Shown: piece by piece, positions 7,735-13,589 of the stretch
Position numbering within the stretch: the stretch's first letter is position 1
How the letters are laid out: every line of letters starts with the position of its first letter
Source: Candidatus Omnitrophota bacterium
GTDB lineage: Bacteria; Omnitrophota; Gorgyraeia; Duberdicusellales; 4484-171
Direction: 5' to 3'
Assembly (NCBI GenBank): GCA_021735045.1
Contig: JAIPHU010000019.1
Span: forward strand, 1-14,369
DNA: 14,369 nucleotides
Notes under the pieces: model-generated
What the model saw: only the letters and a program-made list of their open reading frames with translations
Told to the model about the DNA's origin: nothing
Database searches by the model: none
Translations under genes and position numbers: made by a program

Positions 7735-8958
7735 ATGTCAAAATTTCACTATAAAGTTAAAACCAAAACAGGTAAAACGTTAAAAGGCTCTCAACAAGCA
7801 GCTTCTGAAAGTGATTTAATTTCACGGCTACGGAGAGAAGGTTATTTCATAATATCGGTATCTAAAGAAGAAGTTAAAAAAGAGCAAAAAACCATATCCT
7901 CTGGTAAGAAAAAAAAACGCAGATCGATAAAACTTTCTGATTTAACTTTTTTAGCTAGAAACCTTGCCACTACCTTATCTAGCGGGGTTACTCTGTTAAG
8001 GAGCCTTGAACTTGTTTCTTATCAGTCAGAAAGTGGGAAGCTAGAATCTATTTTAAATAAATGTTCTGGTAATATCCGTGAAGGTTTAAGTTTGGGAGAA
8101 GCAATTGAAAAATACCCCAATGTATTTTCTCCTTTTTGGCAAGGTATTGTTAGAGTGGGTGAGTCTTCAGGAAACCTTCCTTTTGTATTAAATCGTTTGG
8201 CCGACTATCTTGAAATGAGGATGGAGTTTGAGAGAAAGATTAAAAGTGCCTTAGTCTATCCTGTTATCTTAGTTATTGCAGCAGTAGCGGCTATATTTGT
8301 TTTTTTAAAGTTTATTTTCCCTAAGTTTGGCGAGCTTTTTAAATCTTTTGATATAGAATTGCCGGCACTTACTCGGTTTGTTTTTTCTTTGAGTAAATTT
8401 GTTCAAAATAATTGGTTTATTATGTTTGCTGTTGTTGTTGGGGGGTGGTTTATATTCAAACAATTGCAACGGAAGCCAGAGGTAAAGAATTTTATTGATA
8501 AAGTATCTCTTAAGATTCCTCTCTTGGGAAATGTTCTTTTTTTAATTTATATTGAGCGGTTTACTTCTATTGTCCATATTATGCTTGAAAGCGGATTAAC
8601 TTTAGTTTATACTTTGGATATTGTTGCCGACAGTATAGGGAATTCTGTCTTTCAAAAAAAGATTCGCACAGCAGCTGAAAAAGTAAAAGAAGGAGGGTCC
8701 CTTTCTGAGCAACTATCTAAAGAGGGGATTTTTCCTCTTTTGGTGTCTGAAATGTCAAAAATAGGTGAAGAAACTGGAACTATGCCGGATGTTTTTAAAA
8801 AAGTAAGCCAGCATTACCTTAAAGAACTTAATTCAAAAATTGAACGTTTTGTAGCAGCCTTTGAACCTTTGATGATTGTTGTGATGGGGGTTACGATTGG
8901 AGTTTTAGTTGTTGCTTTATTTTTGCCTTTATTTAAAATTTCTACCTTGGGTAGTTGA
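7735..8958 (+). CDS. Type II secretion / type IV pilus inner-membrane platform protein (GspF/PilC family)
   Basis: 407 aa with two T2SSF-type repeats: FLARNLATTLSSGVTLLRSLE...GESSGNL and FTSIVHIMLESGLTLVYTLD...GEETGTM. Hydrophobic segments follow each repeat, and the C-terminus is FEPLMIVVMGVTIGVLVVALFLPLF. Confidence 0.92.
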   Translation: MSKFHYKVKTKTGKTLKGSQQAASESDLISRLRREGYFIISVSKEEVKKEQKTISSGKKKKRRSIKLSDLTFLARNLATTLSSGVTLLRSLELVSYQSESGKLESILNKCSGNIREGLSLGEAIEKYPNVFSPFWQGIVRVGESSGNLPFVLNRLADYLEMRMEFERKIKSALVYPVILVIAAVAAIFVFLKFIFPKFGELFKSFDIELPALTRFVFSLSKFVQNNWFIMFAVVVGGWFIFKQLQRKPEVKNFIDKVSLKIPLLGNVLFLIYIERFTSIVHIMLESGLTLVYTLDIVADSIGNSVFQKKIRTAAEKVKEGGSLSEQLSKEGIFPLLVSEMSKIGEETGTMPDVFKKVSQHYLKELNSKIERFVAAFEPLMIVVMGVTIGVLVVALFLPLFKISTLGS

Positions 8959-8967
8959 TTCTATTTA

Positions 8968-8996
8968 TTGACGAATTTAGGTATGTATGGTATTAA
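8968..8996 (+). promoter_or_regulatory. Candidate internal sigma70 promoter (extended -10) for the pilin genes
   Basis: TTGACG (8968-8973), 17-nt spacer ending TGg, TATTAA (8991-8996). Strong SD AAGGAGG at 9021-9027 and ATG at 9033. This 74-bp gap is the only sizeable intergenic gap inside the cluster. Confidence 0.4.
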
Positions 8997-9032
8997 TAAA
9001 ATGTGGTATTTTCTCAATAAAAGGAGGTTTAG

Positions 9033-9431
9033 ATGAGAAAAAGTTTTACTTTAATTGAACTGTTGGTAGTAGTTATTGTAGTGGCAATTTTAGCTAGTTT
9101 TGCTGTACCTCAATATCTAAAAGCAGTAGAAAGAGCTAAAAAAGCTAAGGCTGAGAATGCTTTAGGTTTGATTGCGCAGGCTGAGAAAATGTATAGGGCT
9201 GAAAATGATCAGTATGTTAATTTTGCCGATGGCGCTGCTAATGCAACGTTAGGAAGTTATGTAGAACTGTCTGAGTTAGATAATGATACTGATTGGGACT
9301 ACAAGGTTACGGGCGCAACTGCTACGGGTACGACCTTTACCGCTACCGCCACAAGAAAAGCGGGAAGCAATAGTGGTGAGACGATAACTTTAACTGAATC
9401 CGGAGTTTGGGGGGGTAACTTTAGCCCTTAA
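9033..9431 (+). CDS. Prepilin-type N-terminal methylation-domain protein, probable major (pseudo)pilin
   Basis: 132 aa. MRKS|FTLIELLVVVIVVAILASFAVPQY is a class III signal peptide with Glu at +5. It is the first pilin gene and has the strongest SD. It contains no Cys and has a C-terminal Thr/Ala/Gly-rich beta region, DWDYKVTGATATGTTFTATATRK. Confidence 0.85.
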   Translation: MRKSFTLIELLVVVIVVAILASFAVPQYLKAVERAKKAKAENALGLIAQAEKMYRAENDQYVNFADGAANATLGSYVELSELDNDTDWDYKVTGATATGTTFTATATRKAGSNSGETITLTESGVWGGNFSP

Positions 9432-9482
9432 TTTTTAGGTAGGAAGAAGAAATAATTCTAGCTACAAGCTAATAGTTGCAAT

Positions 9483-9884
9483 ATGTTAGGTAAAAAAATT
9501 TTGATATTTAAACCATCTTTTACGTTAATCGAACTGCTTGTTGTGGTTGTAATTGTTGGCATTGTAGCTACTTTTGCTATGCCTGGGTTTTTTGGAGCTC
9601 AAAAAAAGACAATAGATAAAGAAGCTCGCACTAATCTTAAGCTTATCCAAACTGCAGAAGAGATTAAAGAGGTAGAAGAAGGACAGTATAAGCCCTGCGG
9701 AAGTAATTCTGCTTGCAATACTGCTTTAAGCCTTGATTTACCTGCTTCGGTAGCAAACGGCGGAAACTGGGATTACAGTGTAACCTGTAGCTCCAGTTGC
9801 AGCAGTGGTTTTACAGCTCAAGCCACAGGTAGCAAAGGTACACAAAATTGGTCGATTGATGAAGATGCCCAAGATGCCCAATAA
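9483..9884 (+). CDS. Prepilin-type N-terminal methylation-domain protein (paralog of the preceding pilin; GspH/minor-pilin candidate)
   Basis: 133 aa. MLGKKILIFKPS|FTLIELLVVVVIVGIVATFAMPGF. It shares the NWDY..V...F.A.A motif with the 9033 gene and has four Cys. No SD is visible. An in-frame TAG at 9459 rules out an upstream start. Confidence 0.8.
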   Translation: MLGKKILIFKPSFTLIELLVVVVIVGIVATFAMPGFFGAQKKTIDKEARTNLKLIQTAEEIKEVEEGQYKPCGSNSACNTALSLDLPASVANGGNWDYSVTCSSSCSSGFTAQATGSKGTQNWSIDEDAQDAQ

Positions 9885-10242
9885 AAAAGCGATATCTTTG
9901 CTTGAAGTTTTAGTTGCAGCAATAGTTTTAGCTTTAGTGGCAGGTGGCCTTATCTCAACCTTTCTTACTGTTAGAAAATATATTCGTCACGCTAAAGAAA
10001 GATCTACAGCTACGGCTCTTTCTTATAGCCATGTAAAGACTCTCTATGAAGATGTAAGGGCTGATAGTTGGAACACAGGTAGCCTTTCTAATGGGTTGAA
10101 TCAGAGCCTACCTGTTGGCGGCCAGAACTGGAGCAGTATTGACAATATTAACTATCAGTCTGCTAATACTAAATATAAGGTAGATAATGTTGGCGGCCAG
10201 CCTTACCGTGAGGTTACAATAACAGTAGAGTATCCTGATTGA
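9874..10242 (+). CDS. Minor pilin-like protein (GspI/PilV-like), non-canonical prepilin leader
   Basis: The track ORF begins at 9805, but that part overlaps the previous pilin in another frame. ATG 9874 (or 9865) gives MPNKKA|ISLLEVLVAAIVLALVAGGLISTF, with Glu at +5 relative to Ile. The C-terminal strand YREVTITVEYP resembles GspI/PilV-type ends. It overlaps the pilin-2 stop by 11 nt. Confidence 0.6.
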   Translation: MPNKKAISLLEVLVAAIVLALVAGGLISTFLTVRKYIRHAKERSTATALSYSHVKTLYEDVRADSWNTGSLSNGLNQSLPVGGQNWSSIDNINYQSANTKYKVDNVGGQPYREVTITVEYPD

Positions 10243-10255
10243 TTTTACTTTTAAT

Positions 10256-10810
10256 ATGAAAAAAGGTATGACTTTAATTGAACTTTTAGTTGCTTTGCTG
10301 TTAATCAGCATAGTTATTTTAGCTGTTTTTGGCATCTATAATGCTAGTTCTAGTTTTTTTAATTCATCTGGAACAAAATCAAAAGTATTAAATGATTTAA
10401 TATATGTGTTAGATCATATTGATAAAAATGTTTATTTATCGACAGGATGGGTAAATAATCCGGCCATAGTTGTTACTACCCCAACTGCTGATAGTTACCG
10501 AATTGATATAAATCAAGATATAAATCAAACTCCAATTAATTTTTCTGATGATCAAGGAGTTAGATATGAGTTTAACCCTACAGCTAATACTATTAGGTTT
10601 GCAGATGGATCTGGTAACTGGAAAAATTTAACTAATAAGTTAATTGACCCAAATGGTTTGTCAATAAACTATAATCCAACCACAGGTGTTTTGTCTATAG
10701 ATAATCTTTGTCTCCGTCAAGATGTTGGCCAACCATCTGATCCTAAAACAAATCCGGATATTTGTATTACCAGTCAAAATTTTAGCACTTTCATGCAATC
10801 TCTTAATTGA
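10256..10810 (+). CDS. Minor pilin-like protein (GspJ/PilW-like) with canonical prepilin leader
   Basis: 184 aa. MKKG|MTLIELLVALLLISIVILAVFGIY has Gly at -1 and Glu at +5. It is larger and rich in Asn/Thr/Ser in its C-terminal domain. Confidence 0.75.
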   Translation: MKKGMTLIELLVALLLISIVILAVFGIYNASSSFFNSSGTKSKVLNDLIYVLDHIDKNVYLSTGWVNNPAIVVTTPTADSYRIDINQDINQTPINFSDDQGVRYEFNPTANTIRFADGSGNWKNLTNKLIDPNGLSINYNPTTGVLSIDNLCLRQDVGQPSDPKTNPDICITSQNFSTFMQSLN

Positions 10811-10847
10811 TATAGTTTTTATTTAATTGTTTAAAAAAGGAGAGCAG

Positions 10848-11387
10848 ATGAGAGAATTATTACTTGACCTATTGAAAAAAGAGTCTTATCAAAAAAAAGA
10901 AGTTAAACTTTCTTCAGGAAAAATCAGTGATTTCTACATTGATGTAAGAAAGATATCTTTAAGTTCAAAAGGAATATATTTAATATCTAATCTTTTTTTT
11001 CAATACTTAGATAAAAAATCGATAGATGCATTTGGCGGCCCAACTTTGGGTGCTGACCCTATAGTCGCAGGAGTGTGTTTAATTGCTGAGCAAAATGATA
11101 GGACTTTAGCTGGTTTTTTAATTCGTAAAACTCCTAAAAAACACGGCAAACAAAAATTAATTGAGGGACCTCAAATTAAAACCGGTTCTAAAGTGATTTT
11201 ATGTGATGATGTTGCTACCAGTGGAGGGTCTTTAATTCAAGCAAAGAGGGTTTTAACTGACCAAGGGATAAAGGTAGAAGATGTTATGGTAGTAGTTGAC
11301 CGTAACGAAGGCGCCAAAGAAGCTTTAGCGAAAGTTGGTTGCAATCTCTTTTCTCTATTTACTAAAGGCGATTTCTTAATCGAATGA
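10848..11387 (+). CDS. pyrE: Orotate phosphoribosyltransferase
   Basis: ATG 10848 is preceded by SD AAGGAGAG; the track's TTG at 10827 is less likely. Family blocks: VKLSSGKISDFYIDVRK, FGGPTLGADPIVAGV, IRKTPKKHGKQKLIEG and the PRPP loop KVILCDDVATSGGS. Confidence 0.9.
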   Translation: MRELLLDLLKKESYQKKEVKLSSGKISDFYIDVRKISLSSKGIYLISNLFFQYLDKKSIDAFGGPTLGADPIVAGVCLIAEQNDRTLAGFLIRKTPKKHGKQKLIEGPQIKTGSKVILCDDVATSGGSLIQAKRVLTDQGIKVEDVMVVVDRNEGAKEALAKVGCNLFSLFTKGDFLIE

Positions 11388-12169
11388 TAAAAAATATTAA
11401 CTTTAACCTTTATCCTTTAACCTTTATCCTTTTATTTTCCGGCTGTATGACTACCGAATATAATGTTGGGACCCATAGCCAAGATGTTTATTTTTTCTCA
11501 ACTGAGAAAGAAGTGGCCATGGGAAAAAATGTTGCCCAGCAGGTAGCTAAAGAATTTGAGCTATCAGCCAATCCTTATGATATAGAAAGGGTTCAAAAAA
11601 TTGCAGAGGATATAACTGAAGTCTCCGACAGAGAAGAACTTAACTACTATTTTTATGTAATTGATAAAGAAGATAAAAAAGAAGAAATGATTAATGCTTT
11701 TAGTTTGCCGGGTGGATATATCTATATCTTTAAAGATTTACTTGATATCTTAGGCGAGGACGAGTTAGCTTTTGTTTTAGCTCACGAGATGGCTCATATT
11801 GTCAGCCGGCATCATATAAAAAGGCTTCAGGCGGCTATGGGATATAATCTTATTCTCATTGCTTCAACTGCAGCTCCTTCAGATGATAATTTTAGTGGAG
11901 GGCTTTCTTTTGCCTTAGCGCAAATTATGTCAGCTCATTCACGCGAAGATGAATTTAATGCTGATAGTTTAGCAATTAAATATAGCAAATTGTCAGGCTA
12001 TAACCCTAAAGCCGGCCTAGAGCTGCTTGAGAAATTATATCAAAAAAGTAAAGAACAAATTAGGCCGCTTTCCTATTTTCGCACCCACCCTTATCCGGCT
12101 CAAAGAATAGCCAATATTAAACGGCAACTTTATATTTCTTTAGATGCCGAAGATTACATCAATTTCTAA
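11384..12169 (+). CDS. M48-family zinc metalloprotease, probable lipoprotein (LoiP/YcaL/BepA-like)
   Basis: ATGA start/stop overlap with pyrE. Signal peptide with lipobox-like LLFSGC. HEMAH zinc motif at 11783-11797 (LAHEMAHIVSRH). SLPGGYIYIF and the downstream EDEFNAD are typical of periplasmic M48 peptidases. Confidence 0.85.
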   Translation: MIKNINFNLYPLTFILLFSGCMTTEYNVGTHSQDVYFFSTEKEVAMGKNVAQQVAKEFELSANPYDIERVQKIAEDITEVSDREELNYYFYVIDKEDKKEEMINAFSLPGGYIYIFKDLLDILGEDELAFVLAHEMAHIVSRHHIKRLQAAMGYNLILIASTAAPSDDNFSGGLSFALAQIMSAHSREDEFNADSLAIKYSKLSGYNPKAGLELLEKLYQKSKEQIRPLSYFRTHPYPAQRIANIKRQLYISLDAEDYINF

Positions 12170-12304
12170 GTATAAAAGTGGACGTTTCCCTCCATCATAA
12201 CTTATTGATAGACAAACAGTTATATATGCATGTTTTCCAGATTTATTGCTGTATAAATAGAAATTATTTTATTATAACTCTTTGTGCTGCAAATAATTAC
12301 AAAC

Positions 12305-12325
12305 AAGGGGAACGTCCCCTTTATT
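12305..12325. terminator. Candidate bidirectional intrinsic terminator between convergent genes
   Basis: AAGGGGA-ACG-TCCCCTT hairpin (12305-12321). It is followed by TTTATT on the + strand and by TTGTTTGT on the - strand. It sits 8 nt past the CPBP stop and about 135 nt past the M48 stop. Confidence 0.5.
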
Positions 12326-12328
12326 AAG

Positions 12329-13276
12329 TTAGATTTTAGTTCCCAGAAAAAATAAGAGGGTTATTGTGTTATGGAGGGCATGGAATAAAAAAGCTGTGCT
12401 TATTTTTTGAGTTTTTTCATAAATATAACAGAGAGAAAAACTGATTATAAAAAGTCCAAACACACCTGCCGGAGAGCGGTGGAGAAGAGCAAAAAATAAA
12501 GATAGCCCTGTTGCCGCAATTAGAAAAGAATATTTTTTACGTATTAATTTATAGAATATTCCCCGGAAGATAAGTTCTTCAGCTAAAGGCGCAATAATTA
12601 TAGCTTGAGTGATAAAAAGCAAAAGAGAAGTTTTTGTGTTAATTAAGGGAATAAGTTTCATTACCGGAGATGTCCCGGGTTCTATGCCTAAGGCTTTAAT
12701 TAAAAAAAGATTAATAAAAATAGCGAGAGCTGTAATTGGAATAATTGCACTATAAATTTTAACTACAAAATTTATCTCTTTTCTCTTTAAGCTTAAATCA
12801 AAAAAGTAAGGTTTTATATAACTAAATATAATAAAAATAGTGCCAATTTGGAGTATTAAATTTGTTATTAAGATTATAAATATAGGGCTTAACCTACTAA
12901 ATGATAAAAAAATATTAGGTAAAAAATAAGTAAAGAGCATCAAAAAACTTACCAAAAAAATCAATTCAGCAGCATTTTCTTGATTTAGGGGTAACTTTTT
13001 TTTAGGAGAGTATAGTTGACTAATTGATTGGCCTTTTATCTTACGGGAAAGAAAAATACTTAAATTAATTAATCCGGACAAAAACAAAAAAATATAAAAA
13101 AGGGTAATAAAGATAAAAATAGGATTTTGAGAAGGTAAATTTGTGGTAATTTTATCAGGTGAGCTTAAAATATTTTTTTCTAAGGATAAAGGCTCTTTAC
13201 TAGATGAGCTATTTAGGAATATCACCGAAAATAGACAAATAATGGTTAATCCAATATATAAATTTCTTTTTTTCAT
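12329..13276 (-). CDS. CPBP-family (CAAX/Abi) intramembrane glutamic endopeptidase
   Basis: Polytopic membrane protein with the three CPBP motifs: PLAEELIFRGIFY (EExxxR), FFALLHR (FxxxH) and FHALHN (HxxxN). I prefer ATG at 13276 (MKKRNLY...); the track's start at 13288 is a TTG four codons upstream. Confidence 0.85.
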   Translation of the reverse strand: MKKRNLYIGLTIICLFSVIFLNSSSSKEPLSLEKNILSSPDKITTNLPSQNPIFIFITLFYIFLFLSGLINLSIFLSRKIKGQSISQLYSPKKKLPLNQENAAELIFLVSFLMLFTYFLPNIFLSFSRLSPIFIILITNLILQIGTIFIIFSYIKPYFFDLSLKRKEINFVVKIYSAIIPITALAIFINLFLIKALGIEPGTSPVMKLIPLINTKTSLLLFITQAIIIAPLAEELIFRGIFYKLIRKKYSFLIAATGLSLFFALLHRSPAGVFGLFIISFSLCYIYEKTQKISTAFLFHALHNTITLLFFLGTKI

Positions 13277-13297
13277 CCAATTTACCAATTTTAACCA

Positions 13298-13379
13298 ATT
13301 CCCACCTACGCGGTGGGAATAAGATCCTTCAGCACTTTGTGCTTTAGGATCCGTTTATGTTTTTCAAAAACATAAACGG
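13298..13379 (-). other. Three consecutive hairpins between tRNA-Ser and the CPBP gene (processing/attenuation/terminator candidates)
   Basis: (C) ATTCCCACC-tacgc-GGTGGGAAT at 13298-13320. (B) GATCCT..AGCAC-ttt-GTGCT..AGGATC at 13323-13351. (A) CCGTTTATGTTTTT-c-AAAAACATAAACGG at 13351-13379, whose last 3 nt are the tRNA 3' end. None is followed by a clean U-tract. Confidence 0.35.
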
Positions 13380-13465
13380 AGGAGAGAGGATTCGAACCTC
13401 CGAGAGCTTTACGGCTCTACCTGTTTTCGAGACAGGCGCTTTCAACCAGGCTCAGCCACTCCTCC
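13377..13465 (-). tRNA. tRNA-Ser (anticodon CGA), class II with long variable arm, no encoded CCA
   Basis: Folded by hand from the minus-strand read. Acceptor GGAGGAG/CTCCTCC (7 bp) with discriminator G. D arm GCT..AGC. Anticodon stem CCTGT/ACAGG with loop CT-CGA-AA. Long variable arm TAGAGCCGTAAAGCTCTC. T arm GGAGG-TTCGAAT-CCTCT. 89 nt in total. Confidence 0.9.
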
Positions 13466-13532
13466 GGTTTAGCTTGTGGCCAATAGCCAATAGCTAATGG
13501 TTGATAATTGCTAAAATTTGCTTATCCTTTCT

Positions 13533-13561
13533 TTTATAGCCAAGTTTATTGTATTTGTCAA
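13533..13561 (-). promoter_or_regulatory. Sigma70-type promoter driving tRNA-Ser (and possibly the CPBP gene)
   Basis: On the minus strand: TTGACA (13561-13556), 17-nt spacer, TATAAA (13538-13533). This predicts a leader of roughly 60 nt before the mature tRNA 5' end at 13465. Confidence 0.45.
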
Positions 13562-13582
13562 TGAAATATCCTATGTTATAAT
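13555..13582 (+). promoter_or_regulatory. Sigma70-type promoter (extended -10) for the AEC transporter, predicting a leaderless or near-leaderless mRNA
   Basis: TTGTCA (13555-13560), 16-nt spacer ending TGt, TATAAT (13577-13582). The ATG at 13590 lies only 7 nt past the -10 box and no SD is present. Confidence 0.5.
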
Positions 13583-13589
13583 TTTAGCT

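Noticed and set aside
7909-7917. Homopolymeric A tracts as phase-variation switches: A9 in the platform gene at 7909-7917, A9 at 4415-4423 and A8 at 363-370
   Set aside because: All of them encode Lys runs in an AT-rich, Lys-rich genome, and they also occur in housekeeping genes such as rmuC. There is no evidence of variability from a single sequence. Only the A8 at the PilM/PilN junction is noted, under the fusion finding.
8983-9032. Possible sigma54 (-24/-12) promoter upstream of the major pilin, suggested by two TGGTATT copies (8988-8994 and 9004-9010)
   Set aside because: Neither GG is followed by GC at the required N10 spacing (TGGCAC-N5-TTGC). A sigma70-type TTGACG-17-TATTAA fits better. 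The 7-mer repeat may be chance in AT-rich DNA, although a regulator binding site cannot be excluded.
9805-9873. Upstream extension of the pilin-3 ORF (MVLQLKPQVAKVHKIGRLMK...)
   Set aside because: This part overlaps the C-terminal coding region of pilin 2 in another frame. It would put about 30 residues before the hydrophobic prepilin helix, far longer than normal leaders. The internal ATGs at 9865 and 9874 give a typical short basic leader.
10108-10335. 75-aa ORF on the minus strand spanning the pilin-3/pilin-4 junction
   Set aside because: It is antisense to two prepilin genes that have clear class III signal peptides. It is hydrophobic and low-complexity with no supporting signals.
10827-10847. 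TTG-initiated 7-codon extension of pyrE, and likewise the TTG at 13288 for the CPBP gene
   Set aside because: For pyrE, an ATG with a good SD (AAGGAGAG) lies just downstream at 10848. For the CPBP gene, an ATG at 13276 gives a typical MKKR... N-terminus. The longer forms are only artefacts of longest-ORF calling.
1887-13465. Idea that the excisionase-like gene and the distant tRNA-Ser mark the ends of an integrated genomic island carrying the pilus locus
   Set aside because: The window holds no integrase, recombinase or phage/conjugation genes. I could not find a direct repeat of the tRNA 3' end (GGTTCGAATCC...) near 1680-1886. Composition looks uniform, and housekeeping pyrE lies inside the supposed island.
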